This document shows positions 33,549 through 44,577 of a stretch of 64,000 nucleotides of DNA, one piece after another. The translations under genes were made by a program, and so were the position numbers. The DNA is from Corallochytrium limacisporum Hawaii (Eukaryota; Protista; Pluriformea). The number at the start of each line of letters is the position of its first letter. Position 1 is the stretch's first letter. Location of the stretch: the NCBI GenBank assembly GCA_002811645.1, contig PDIP01000072.1:1-64000 (forward strand), read 5' to 3'. Below the pieces are notes generated by a model. The model ran no database searches and was not told the origin of the DNA. It saw only the letters and a list, made by a program, of their open reading frames with translations.

Positions 33549-36500
33549 ATGCAGTGGACTCTGCGAACGGGTGTCTTCGGCCTGTTTCAGGCCGTCTGGC
33601 TTTCGCTTCTGCTTGTGCCAACAGTAGAAGGTAAGGGATCCGTGCGTGCATCTCTGCGAGCAGAATGGCATGCTAACAACCTTTTCTCGGAGATGTTGGA
33701 ATGCATCGGTCTTGTGGATGACGTGGATGAGACCTTGTACTTCCGCTCGCTGGATATCATGGCTGTCGCAGGCGATAGTATTGGTACATGGACCGATGAG
33801 AGGTTTTGGGCTGAGACAACCTTTGTGGCCCTGCGGTCAATGAGGGGTGACGCAGCCTACAACTTGGTACAGGAGTGCATGGTGTCTGGGCATATGTCAG
33901 CTAAAGTGGCCGCTCAGCACAGCCTGGCACCTGCCAACTGCGGCGGAGTCACACCGTGTCTGTGTATAAACAACAGGGCAGGTGCTGTGTCAGAGGTAGA
34001 CGTTGACACGGGCAGTATATTGGAGACGGCCAGTGGACTGATCACTGGAAAGTCATGGGATCCGGAGGCCGATAATGCGAAATGTGACGCCACTCTTCTC
34101 GACACCGACCACGTAAGGTACGTGGGTGCAGAGTCGGTTTCGAATAACGACGCTTTACCATTGATTTTGTACCTAGTCCTTGGAGAGAAGAATCATATGG
34201 GTGCTTACCAGGTGTTGTTAGAGAAGCTGGCATCGGCGCAGGGAACAAAGTTTGCGGTTGCGATTCGTTCTTCTCCCCTCGCCCACGGAAAGGGTCGTCG
34301 CAATGCATTCAGCCAACCTTTGGGCCATGCCTTCACCCTGAACGTTAAATCATCCGAGTACAACACCCGGGACAGCCTGGCATCAGTGAACAGCACTGTC
34401 AACTCTACCCTTGCCAACGACTTACGGGGAATGACGTACATGGCCAATGAAACGAACCCGGACGCAGTCTATGATCGATTGCTGGAACATCTGCGAGACT
34501 CTAATGGCACAGAAGGGCCGGTGTCTCCAGACGGTCTGTATCAGGAATGCGGTCCCGGACGCATGGCGCTCGCAACTCTACGTGATATCAAGTGCAGTCC
34601 CCTAAAGGAGGCACTCTTGGCCCGTGACGTGGCACACAAGCCTGCCCCGCATCGCTGGCAAGCACCGGACGGGCCAGAAGATGTCACTTCAATGGAGCAC
34701 CCCATTTCAATCCGTTTGGCAGCGTACTCATTGATGACCGCTCAGAAGTTTGCTACAGACGTCGTTAAAGACCTTGTCATTGACGATGGCCCTGTTACCA
34801 GTCGACGACTACGTAAGGGAGGCATGCACCCTGAGATGGATCGTCTCGCCTTACTCCATGATTTGACACACAATTTGCCCCTGGTTGCTGGATTACTGGA
34901 GGAGCTGGCTCCGAAGGCCTTCGAGGGATTTGTGGAGAATGGATCTTTGGGTGACCTTGCACGCAAGGATCTGCGTATTGCGCAAGCGCACGGTCGTATT
35001 AACTTTTCAGGACCGGAGAAGTCGATCCTACCCGACCTCCGTGTTAATGGAATTTCAATCAGCCCCACAGACTTAACCGTACACCATATCCTACCCATGC
35101 TTGCTCAGGATACCCGCATGTTAAGTCGACTTGGCTCCCTTGGCTATAGTGCTGACGAAGCCACGCAGCTGCTGGTTGCTCAAATCACTCACACTGCGGA
35201 CTTTGCGCCGCTCATGGACATGCGCAATGCCGCTGTGTATTTCTTGAATGACATTGAGAAGGATCCAGAATATGCTTCCATCATGAACACCAAGGTGGTG
35301 GATTTGCTGAAAGCCGACGTTGAGAATGCACCAGTGAAGAAAATCAGGAAAAACCTCTTCACCCTCATATTGGCTTTTGATCCCACGCATGAAAATTCCG
35401 AAGACATTGTACGTTTCCTCATTGCCATGTTGAAGACTGGAGTTGAGGCCCCGATCCGTCTTGGTGTTATGTTGATCGAATCAAGCCAGAGTTGTGACGC
35501 AGAAGGGTATAATTCCGCGGGCGCAGTGCTTCACCTATCTTTCTTAACTGCTTTGAAGAAGGACGGTGCACTAGAAGCCCTTAATTGGCTGTTGTTTGCG
35601 CAAGAGGAGCACGAAAATGGTCGTCCATATACCGTGGACTCTGTTCGTAATACCTTGAAGTCATCAATCGACGAACATGTTTCGAAAGTGATTGCTGCCG
35701 CAAACAACAAATCTGAGGCGGGAAGAACCGAGAACTTCAAGGACGTCTTCGAACTTGTTGAGATGCGCCGTCAGATGTGTAGTCAGGTCCATTCCATCGG
35801 CATTGGCAACAGTCCCGGAAGCACTTTTGTCTTTGGTAACGGTCGCCTGGCTCGGGCAGACACACCGAGGGAAGTGGAGAACTTGTCAATGAAACTGTAC
35901 AATATCGCCATGCAGAAGCTGACAAAGGATGTCCAGGTCGGTGCTGTTGACGACAAAACCGATCTCAATAACTACTGGCAATTTGTATCGTATGCCAGCA
36001 GCTATGGAGGCAGTGCAACTGGGAGAACGAACATTCCGTATGCAAGGTACAATGCTAAGGTTATGGTTGGTGCTACCAGTGGTGAGCGTGGCTACCTCTA
36101 TCCCACCGTGCCATTGGATGAGATGTCACGTCTGCACAAAGTCCATCAGGGCGATGAACGGCAAGACGGCAAGGAAACCGTGGCCATCTCCGCCGGCGTT
36201 CCTGCCAGCCATTGGGTATTCCCAAAGGGCTATGGCATTGATGAGAAAGGCTACTTCCCTGATGTTATCAAGACCATTGCGGTCGTGGTTGATCTCGAGA
36301 GCTCCACTGGACGCATGACCGCGCTGAGCAGCTTACAGTATCTCCAGCGAGCCGCAGCCGATGATGCGAGCAGTATGACAGGAGAAGTACGGGAGAAACA
36401 CAGGCCGGCCGAGACCGCCATTCCTGCGGCAGATCTGTACACTCGGCTGCTTATCGTTCCCGCGAAACATCGTGGACAGGATCCTAAGATCCCAGGTCCA

Positions 36501-39158
36501 TTCACAGAAGCATACATCCGGTTACTTGTGTCGCTGGAAGTCGACAATGAACTCAGCAATGACGTACACAAGCGCCGTGAACACCTCTTGCACTTCTTCG
36601 AAGCCGCTGCCGTGAGCCGGACTGCCGAGGATCTGACTGGCCATGTCAAAGAGCGCAGCATGAAAGGAACCAGCCAGCCTCTCTCGGTTTCAAGCGTGGA
36701 GTCTGCTTCGCACATTGAGCGCGCAATGCAGGTCAGCATCGATGAGAACGCCAAGAGCACACTGTGGCAGAATTTCCGCGATATCAGCAGCTCATTCCTC
36801 GGCCGTGCAGAGGCGGCTTCAGGTGAGTTTGTAGTGGCTGTGAACGGCCGCATCTACGGTCCCTTTGGAGAAACCGAATTGCTTAAGATGGAAGACATTC
36901 ATCTCATGACCACCGTTGAAGCAAACCACCGCCTCAAAAATGTCCTTTCCGTGGTCCAGGGTTCCGCAGTGCACATTGGCGAGCGTGATCACGGGAAGGT
37001 CGCGAATTCCCGGGAGCTCAAGATTTGGAATACTACACTGCAGGCCTTGATCGTCCTCAGTGAAGTGCCCGCTAGCCATGGCGATCCTATGCCACTGCGT
37101 AGCCACGGCTTCAGTAAAGCTGCCACAGTGAATATAGCCGAGCGTGAACAGCACTTGCCGCGGCATGAGATCAGTCTCGTCTTCGACCCCTTGAGCGAAG
37201 AAGCACCTGCAGCCCTTGATTTAGCCTTGTGGATCACGACCACTGTGAATGCTCGTATGCAGGTTTACATTGTCGTGCCACCATCGCTACAAGAAGACTC
37301 GGTCACCAATGGCATTGCCCAGCGTGGCTCAGAGTATCCCTTGCCTCTCCCACCTATGCGCTTCTACCGATCATCTATTGGTGGCCTCAATGACTCAGTT
37401 GTAGCCTTCTCTGGTGACACCATGGACAGTCATACTCTGGGCCGCAGTGCCGTGTCCGGGGTTATTCTTCGCCTGGCACTTACGGAGCCAAGGTTTGGCA
37501 AAGTACGTGCGGCACGCCTACAGCAGCAGGTGAACTTCTGTTCCGTGCCCGATGACACAGTTTACACTCTCGATGTCCGTGCACCCACAGCCTGGGTGAC
37601 GGTGCTCAAAGAAGGCGTTGCAGATTTTGATAACATTTATTTTGCCCCGTTTGGACGCAAAGGATCACAGCTCCAACATCATGACGACCATGTCGCGGCC
37701 GTGTACGGCCTGACCGGTCTCGCCATTGAAGGTGAGATGATAGAAGGTGGCTTGCAGCGCCCAGCTCGTGGACTACAGTTGGAACTTGGTACGTTTTCTG
37801 AGGAATCCGGGGATGTCGTTGTCGATGACACAGTTACCATACACAACACGGCATATTACCAACTCACTGCTCCACCAGGTTACTTTTCCCTGCGCCTGAA
37901 GAAAGGTACGCAGAGCGAGAACATTTACCGTCTGACCAATGTCCTGAGTCATGCGCACCTCGGAGAGGCCGTGCAGAAGACATCGACGCTTCCTATCTCC
38001 GTGGTATCACTGGTCAGCCCTTACTACGCGGTCGGTGTGATGAAGAAAGAAGGGAAGGAGCATGAAGCTCTGCTCGCCGTCCCGGATCCCTTCAGTCCAA
38101 ACCCTCCGCCGTCCGCGGAGCAAACGCTATCCACCGACAAAGTCAACGTTTTCAGCGTTGGGTCTGGTCATCTGTATGAGCGCATGCTGGGAATTGTGAT
38201 GACCAGTGCAAAGGACAGTATGAAGGATGCCGAGTCCACGGAACTGCATTTCTGGATCTTAGATAGGTACATCAGCCCGCGCTTCCGGAGCTTGCTGCCG
38301 CATCTGGAGTCCGAACTCGGTGTAACCATTCACCTTGTAAACTACCAGTGGCCTAATTGGCTGGGGCCGACCCCATACCCCAGGCGGCGAATCATTGAGG
38401 CGTACAAAATCTTATTCCTCGACGTCCTCTTTCCGCAGGATACGGACCGCGTAGTCTTTATGGACGCAGATCATGTCGTGCGCGAGGACCTTACCGAGCT
38501 CATGGCCTACGATCTCACGCAGAACGTCGAGGGGCCCAGTGACACCAGCGTTGCACCGTACGCGTTCACACCCTACTGCTCTGACCGCCCCGAGATGGCC
38601 GAGCATCGCTTCTGGGATACTGGGTTCTGGCACGACCATCTTCACAAGAATGGCCAAACTTACCATTCTTCCTCGCTGTTTGTAGTCGACCTCGGCGTTT
38701 TCCGGCGTACCCTGGCGGGCGACGCGCTGCGCAAGGCTTACCTTGAACTTTCCAACGGTCCACACACGCTGCGAAATCTGGACCAGGACCTCCCGAACTA
38801 CACACAGCATCGAGTAGCGATCTCTTCTCTGCCGCAGCAATGGCTGTGGTGCGAAACATGGTGCTCGGACGGCACAAAGGACAGAGCGAAGACAATCAAT
38901 ATCTGCAACAATCCACAGACCCGGGAGGCCAAGCTGAACGCTGCTCGGCGTATCATTGGCCAAGCCTGGGACGACATTGATCACCGAATCTACGAGAAGG
39001 TTTGGCTCAAGCACTGGCAAACGAGTATGGAAGACATGGGCGCAGTCTTCCGAGATGGCACTTTGCGCGCGGAAGGCGTCAAGGACCGGGAGAGTCCAAT
39101 CTACACCGGTGCGCTGACCGGGAACGATACTGACGACGACTCCCGTGACGAGCTGTAA
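33549..39158 (+). CDS. UGGT: UDP-glucose:glycoprotein glucosyltransferase
   Basis: Signal peptide. GT24 domain motifs SGHLYER, YKILFLDVLFP, DAD, LDQDLPN, WLWCETWC and CNNP. ER-retention C-terminus RDEL. Confidence 0.95.
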   Translation: MQWTLRTGVFGLFQAVWLSLLLVPTVEGKGSVRASLRAEWHANNLFSEMLECIGLVDDVDETLYFRSLDIMAVAGDSIGTWTDERFWAETTFVALRSMRGDAAYNLVQECMVSGHMSAKVAAQHSLAPANCGGVTPCLCINNRAGAVSEVDVDTGSILETASGLITGKSWDPEADNAKCDATLLDTDHVRYVGAESVSNNDALPLILYLVLGEKNHMGAYQVLLEKLASAQGTKFAVAIRSSPLAHGKGRRNAFSQPLGHAFTLNVKSSEYNTRDSLASVNSTVNSTLANDLRGMTYMANETNPDAVYDRLLEHLRDSNGTEGPVSPDGLYQECGPGRMALATLRDIKCSPLKEALLARDVAHKPAPHRWQAPDGPEDVTSMEHPISIRLAAYSLMTAQKFATDVVKDLVIDDGPVTSRRLRKGGMHPEMDRLALLHDLTHNLPLVAGLLEELAPKAFEGFVENGSLGDLARKDLRIAQAHGRINFSGPEKSILPDLRVNGISISPTDLTVHHILPMLAQDTRMLSRLGSLGYSADEATQLLVAQITHTADFAPLMDMRNAAVYFLNDIEKDPEYASIMNTKVVDLLKADVENAPVKKIRKNLFTLILAFDPTHENSEDIVRFLIAMLKTGVEAPIRLGVMLIESSQSCDAEGYNSAGAVLHLSFLTALKKDGALEALNWLLFAQEEHENGRPYTVDSVRNTLKSSIDEHVSKVIAAANNKSEAGRTENFKDVFELVEMRRQMCSQVHSIGIGNSPGSTFVFGNGRLARADTPREVENLSMKLYNIAMQKLTKDVQVGAVDDKTDLNNYWQFVSYASSYGGSATGRTNIPYARYNAKVMVGATSGERGYLYPTVPLDEMSRLHKVHQGDERQDGKETVAISAGVPASHWVFPKGYGIDEKGYFPDVIKTIAVVVDLESSTGRMTALSSLQYLQRAAADDASSMTGEVREKHRPAETAIPAADLYTRLLIVPAKHRGQDPKIPGPFTEAYIRLLVSLEVDNELSNDVHKRREHLLHFFEAAAVSRTAEDLTGHVKERSMKGTSQPLSVSSVESASHIERAMQVSIDENAKSTLWQNFRDISSSFLGRAEAASGEFVVAVNGRIYGPFGETELLKMEDIHLMTTVEANHRLKNVLSVVQGSAVHIGERDHGKVANSRELKIWNTTLQALIVLSEVPASHGDPMPLRSHGFSKAATVNIAEREQHLPRHEISLVFDPLSEEAPAALDLALWITTTVNARMQVYIVVPPSLQEDSVTNGIAQRGSEYPLPLPPMRFYRSSIGGLNDSVVAFSGDTMDSHTLGRSAVSGVILRLALTEPRFGKVRAARLQQQVNFCSVPDDTVYTLDVRAPTAWVTVLKEGVADFDNIYFAPFGRKGSQLQHHDDHVAAVYGLTGLAIEGEMIEGGLQRPARGLQLELGTFSEESGDVVVDDTVTIHNTAYYQLTAPPGYFSLRLKKGTQSENIYRLTNVLSHAHLGEAVQKTSTLPISVVSLVSPYYAVGVMKKEGKEHEALLAVPDPFSPNPPPSAEQTLSTDKVNVFSVGSGHLYERMLGIVMTSAKDSMKDAESTELHFWILDRYISPRFRSLLPHLESELGVTIHLVNYQWPNWLGPTPYPRRRIIEAYKILFLDVLFPQDTDRVVFMDADHVVREDLTELMAYDLTQNVEGPSDTSVAPYAFTPYCSDRPEMAEHRFWDTGFWHDHLHKNGQTYHSSSLFVVDLGVFRRTLAGDALRKAYLELSNGPHTLRNLDQDLPNYTQHRVAISSLPQQWLWCETWCSDGTKDRAKTINICNNPQTREAKLNAARRIIGQAWDDIDHRIYEKVWLKHWQTSMEDMGAVFRDGTLRAEGVKDRESPIYTGALTGNDTDDDSRDEL

Positions 39159-39393
39159 GGTTACGCTGGAAGGGACATGGTCATGTTCCTGGGCGGAGCC
39201 CTTATCCCCACTACTCATCTACCCATCGCCTCTGTGATTCTCCTCACGATGACAATTAGCCTACAACTTCCGAAATGCATTAGATTTCTTTAGTAAGTCA
39301 TTAAAGCCTAAATTCAGATGACAATGAAATAAGATGGTGGGCGTATATTCTTTGGGCCATTATGCAATGCGGATATGTAAACTGATATTCGCT

Positions 39394-40956
39394 TTACAAG
39401 TGGACATGGGCCGCCTTGCGGACCCAGTCCAAAGTGGAGTTGATGAGTGGAGGATAGCGTGTGTTGGTGAGCCACTCACCGCCCTCGGAGCGGGCAGCGA
39501 CCGCCTTCTGGTGGCTAAATACATTGAACGAGTGATCACCGTGGTAGCCTCCGCCAACACCGGAGGGACCGACACCGCCGAACGGAAGTTCCTTGATCGC
39601 AGCGTGGATCAGAGTATCGTTGACAACGGCACCGCCGGACGAAGTGTAGTCCAGGACCTGCTGAATGTTAACCTTGTTCCCGCTGAAGATGTACAGAGCG
39701 AGTGGCTTGTCGCGGTCGTTAATGAAGGTGATGGCCTCGTCGATGGACTCGCAGTCGATCATGGGGAGAATGGGTCCAAAGATCTCGTCCTGCATGACCT
39801 CGGACGCCGGGTCGACGTGCGCCATGACAGTCGGGGCAACGTAGCGGTCAGTGGCGCGATATTCACCACCGAGGACAACATCCTGCTTCTGCCCTTCAAT
39901 CATGCGCACCTGGCGCTCAAAGTGGCGGTTAGTGGCAATGCGGCCGTAGTCCCCAGAGGAACCGGGGTCCTCGGTGTAGAACACGGTAATGGCATTCTTG
40001 AGTTCGGCAGCGAGCTCCTCCTGCATGTCACGGGGGCACAGCACGTAATCACAAGCGATGCAAGTTTGTCCGGCGTTGAACCATCGACCCATAGTAATGC
40101 GACGGGCAGCATTCTTCAGGTTCGCACCGCGGTCAATGATGGTGGGGGACTTACCACCCAATTCTAGCAGGGTTGGGGTCAAGTTCTCAGCAGCGGCGCG
40201 TTGGACGATGCGACCGACCGTACCGTTGCCGGTGTACGCAATAAAGTCCCACTTTTCCTTGAGAAGTGCGCTTGTACCCTCCGCATCGGCCTGAACGATG
40301 GAGTAGGCATCGGAATCGAGGTAACGGTGCATTGTATCCTCGAAAGTCTGAGCGACAGCCTCAGAGACTTCGGAAGGCTTAATGATGGCAGTGTTACCGG
40401 CAGCAATGGCACCAATCAAAGGAATGGCAGTAAGCTGCACGGGGTAGTTCCAGGCACCAATGACAAGGACATTGCCGTACGGGTCGGGTTTGATCTGGGT
40501 GGAGTACGCAGCGAAAACGATGCCAGGGTTGACTTTGGTGCCCTTGACGAGGCGGTGAACATTCTTGTAGAGGTAGGCAGCCTCGCTCATCACCATGCCG
40601 GTCTCCAACATGACACCCTCAGACTTGCTCTTGCCCAGGTCATGCTTCAGGGCTTCCAGCCAAAGATCTTCGTTGTCGCTGATCCACGCATAGGCAGCCT
40701 TAAGCTGCTCCTTGCGGTACTCCACAGGGATTGTCTTTCCCGTCTTGAAGGTGCCCCGAGTCTTGGCAACGATCTCTGGGATCTGGTTGATAGGAGTCAA
40801 CCTCAGGCCTTCTTCGTTCGTGGGCGCGGTCTGCGCGGCAGTGGAGCGGTTACGACGGAGAGCCATGATCGCACTGCCGGCCATGCCAGTGCGGAGCGTC
40901 TGGCTGGCGGTTGATCCGACACGGGCCACGGAATGTTTTGCAAAAGTGGACAACAT
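39394..40956 (-). CDS. Aldehyde dehydrogenase family 3 (fatty aldehyde dehydrogenase/Hfd1-like) with mitochondrial-type presequence
   Basis: IGAWNYP, KPSE, YTGNG, LELGGKSP, NAGQTCIA, EIFGPILP and PFGGVGPSG. N-terminus MLSTFAKHSVAR...RRNRST. Confidence 0.95.
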   Translation of the reverse strand: MLSTFAKHSVARVGSTASQTLRTGMAGSAIMALRRNRSTAAQTAPTNEEGLRLTPINQIPEIVAKTRGTFKTGKTIPVEYRKEQLKAAYAWISDNEDLWLEALKHDLGKSKSEGVMLETGMVMSEAAYLYKNVHRLVKGTKVNPGIVFAAYSTQIKPDPYGNVLVIGAWNYPVQLTAIPLIGAIAAGNTAIIKPSEVSEAVAQTFEDTMHRYLDSDAYSIVQADAEGTSALLKEKWDFIAYTGNGTVGRIVQRAAAENLTPTLLELGGKSPTIIDRGANLKNAARRITMGRWFNAGQTCIACDYVLCPRDMQEELAAELKNAITVFYTEDPGSSGDYGRIATNRHFERQVRMIEGQKQDVVLGGEYRATDRYVAPTVMAHVDPASEVMQDEIFGPILPMIDCESIDEAITFINDRDKPLALYIFSGNKVNIQQVLDYTSSGGAVVNDTLIHAAIKELPFGGVGPSGVGGGYHGDHSFNVFSHQKAVAARSEGGEWLTNTRYPPLINSTLDWVRKAAHVHL

Positions 40957-41084
40957 GATTAAAGTCTGCTTGTGTGGTATGTGTGTGTGTGACTAACAGT
41001 TTGTTTTTGCGTTTGCTCAAAGTGAACTTTGTTGGGCATTAACTTCCCTTCTTCCAACAAACTCCACAACAACAGATATCAGTC

Positions 41085-41092
41085 TATTTATA
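41085..41092 (-). promoter_or_regulatory. TATA box candidate for the ALDH gene
   Basis: TATAAATA on the minus strand ~130 bp upstream of the ALDH ATG. Confidence 0.4.
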
Positions 41093-41475
41093 TCCTGCCA
41101 GTCTCGAGACCATCCCGTACAATACCTTCTTCTGTACCTGTCGTATTCTGAACACTTGATCATGGTAGTGCACACGCTATTCAACGAGTTGACGTCTACA
41201 ATGGAACAAAGGCTCCCGAATCTCCCATACCGAAACGCAAACAAATCTGAACCAAAACACGCCTCTCCCGTAGGATCTGGACACCAAGCTCACCAGGGTT
41301 CTAAGGGCCCAACCAAAAAGAAGGAAAGAAGAGAAAAAAAAAAGGAGGGGGAGTAGGGGGAGGGGGGTTGCCGAATGACCACACAAAACACCTAACAGAT
41401 CTTCATGAGTTAACCCCCCGACGCAAGAAAATGTTAAAAATAAAAAACTTGGGAAGGGCACTGGTGACGGGCAGG

Positions 41476-41526
41476 GCGTGTGCGTGTGCGTGTGCGTGTG
41501 CGTGTGCGTGCGTGTGTGTGTGTGTG
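41476..41526. repeat. (GCGTGT)n/(GT)n compound microsatellite
   Basis: gcgtgtgcgtgtgcgtgt...gtgtgtgt. Confidence 0.9.
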
Positions 41527-44500
41527 TAACCACCACAAAAAATACGGGGACCTACCCTAACATCCCCGCCCCCCTCCCGCCGGTACGCAATGGCACACCG
41601 AGCTCTTATCCGTTCTTTCCCGTTCCCAATGCCGCGGCAAAAAAAAAAAAGAGGAAAACCGTACGGTCCCAAGCGGAGCGGACAGAAGGGGGAACCCAAG
41701 CGTTTAAAAATAAAAAGAAAAAGAAAAAAAGAAAGAAGGAGAAAACGAACCCCCCCCTCAGAAAAAAATGGAAAAGAGAAAGGAGGGAGTGTAAGGGAGA
41801 GAAAACAAAAGGGAAAAAAGAATAGAAAGAAAAAAGGGAAAAAAAGCCACAGAGGGGAAACGTTTCACTTTGTGTCCAGGAAAGGGAACAAAAAGAATGA
41901 GTTTCTTTAAAAAAAATGGGACATCCAAAGACCCACAAGAGCCAGACAGGACATCCCCCTGAAACCAACCAAGCCCAAAAGGCAAGGGGGGAGCCAGAGG
42001 TGGGTCCAAGAGGGAAACCTTGCAAGAAAAAGTTAGAGCCACAGACACACAGTGGATACCCGACCGACCCATAGAGAGAAGGCAGTGGTAGAGCCGACGG
42101 TGCCCCAGCAGTCCATAGTCAGACAGACACCTTGCCCCCTCCCCCCCCCTCTCTCTCTCTCCTTCTGTCCTTCTCCAGGAACCGGGGAAGAGGAAGGAAG
42201 AGAAGGAAAAGCAAAAAAAAAATCTTTTCGCGAACCAAAATCCGCACACTCGCTCTCTGTCTCTTTCTCTCTTTCTTTCTTTTATCTGTCTCCCACTCCC
42301 GTCCGTTCACTATGGCACCAAAGGTTCAACAGTGGAGCGGGACTAGGCAAGGAGGACGAGGAGGGTTCTCCTTGCGACGAAGAGAGATATGCAAAAACTG
42401 CCAGCACTCTCTCACTCACTGCGTTCGGGGGCCCTGCTTTTGCAAAAACTCACTCTCTCTCTCTCTACTCTCCCTCTCTGTCTCTCTCCCTCTACTCTCC
42501 CTCTCTACTCTCCCTCTCTCTACTCCACCTTTCTGTCTCAGTAACTCTGGTCTCTGTTTATCGCGCCGCAGTTGTGCTAGTGTCCCCCCCCCTCCCCCCA
42601 TCTCGCCCGATCAACCACAGCTCTCCCCTCTCTCCCCCCCCTCCCCCCCCTTCCAAACCTTTCGGCCATTCATTTTATACATTGGGTATATGCACAGTCA
42701 AACTGATAAGAATTTTTCTGGACAAGTTGCCCTGACACAATTCCGAATCATGAGCAAACGGGGCCACCGATGCCGCAAATGGCTCGGATTGGAGACACAG
42801 GTCCTACGGACAACTAAGAGTTTTTATCGGGCACCGTCTTAGTAATTAATCCATGAGAGCATTACAGAGTGGATATATCGTCTTGGGTATCTTTCTATAA
42901 CCCCGACTCATAGATGGGGGTTTACAAGTCGCAATCCGGTGAGACACGAACATGTCGGATAGGTCTCTGTAATTCGTCAAATCCACGGGACCATATTAAA
43001 TGTACTGGAGCCATAGTTTATATCAGGACTACTATGCCCTCCATTCCTCCCAGTGACCAATGCAACTCCTGGCACCTGGCGGGGACAGCTTCCGCGGGTA
43101 ATGCGTAGAGAGATCAGCACACGACCGTTCAGGAGCACAGCCAAGACCCGGTCCACATTGCCTGATTGTTTGTGACCCTGAACATCGTCTTCCATCTGCT
43201 GATATGAAATGCTTAGGTGTTTTCGTTTGTAATAGACCTTTAGCTGCCCATGTATCAGCATGGCGATCGTTTCCCAGCCATCGCGTGACCACGTCCACAC
43301 AACAGTGCCTCAGAACGGCTCCTGATCATGACCGAAATCTACGGTGCCAACAAAGTGAAGTATAAGGGAAGGCCCCTAATCCTCACTGTCGCTCACACTC
43401 TCTGTGCCTCCAGTACTGCGCAATTCCTTTTACTGGTGTTGGCCAGATGTCACACTCAACCTCTCAACTTTGTCCTTGGTTTGCCATTGTCGCCCAAAGG
43501 GTTCTTCGCGGTTTGGTCTTAAGGTCCTTGGTGAGTTCACCGCTGATCGTCTGTCGCAAGGGAAGGGAAGGGCGGCCGCCGCGGGGAAGTACGAGTGAGG
43601 AAACAAAGCGCGAAAGTGACGGGGCAGGCGTTTGTACTTTTTTCTTTGTTACACTCCAAAGATTTTATACAAAGTATGTCCAGCCACCCTGCCATTTTAT
43701 TTCAAGTGCGCAGTTGGTATGCGTAATAGTGCGTGTGCTTTGGTGGGGGGGTTTCAGAGTTTGCTTCCGGGGGAAGAAAGTGTACGTGTATCCAGGCACA
43801 CGGAAGACCTCAGTGTCGGTGTTGCGGGGGACCGTTCCGTGTCGTCCTTTACATTACGCGGCGCGGGGGTGTTTGGCTTCAGGAGAGAAAGGGAGGCTCT
43901 CCGTGTGAGTGATGTGCATGTGGGTGTCGATCTCTTCCTCTTTCTGCTTCATCAGTTGTGCGCCACCAACTCTTGTGTCGCCCTCACTCCTTGTCCCGCT
44001 ACCAAAGACAGTACCGGGGAAGCAGCGAGCCCAGCTTTTGGGGCATGGCTCCTGTGGCGCAATAATACCGGGGCCTGCGAGTGCGGCAGTGACGACACAG
44101 AGAGCTTTAAGGCGGAGGGGAGCGCAGGGGAGCGGGTTGTTCTTGGCCAGTTGGCCGGCCCCCCCTCTCCTGATCCCGAGCCGCACAACCAATGCTTTCT
44201 CTGCTGATAATACGGAAAAAGGCGAGCCCGAAGTGACAGCCCAGTGGTTCGGGACCCGAAGGACCCTCGCGGGAAAAACGGGCACCCAACAGGGGCCTCC
44301 CCGGGCCGGGGGATTTAAAAATAGGCCCCGAGCGACAGGGGAGTGCGTTGGCGAGTAGGGATGCGGAGTTTGCTAAACGAGGCGTGTAATGTGTTTGTTC
44401 TTGATTGTGATTTTTTAAAAAATGGTGGTTGGAAAAGATCAGTCATGATTCATATGTGTCTCTTTGGAGATCCGGCGCGTTTTGATTCCCTTAGTCTTGC

Positions 44501-44577
44501 CTTTAGGGTCGGTTCTGGATCATGGACTGATTGGTTCTGGATCATGGACTGATTAGCTATGATCCACTGTCCAGCAC

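Noticed and set aside
39334-40914. Long plus-strand ORFs (277 and 237 aa) antisense to ALDH
   Set aside because: These are mirror frames produced by the strong codon bias of the real gene and carry no motifs. The same applies to antisense ORFs over FATP, HCS, UGGT, GOGAT and 126-758.
41478-42842. Lys/Arg-, Phe- or Pro-rich ORFs in low-complexity DNA (also 17822-19815 and 60020-63448)
   Set aside because: These are translations of homopolymers and microsatellites, open in several frames at once, without coding-like composition.
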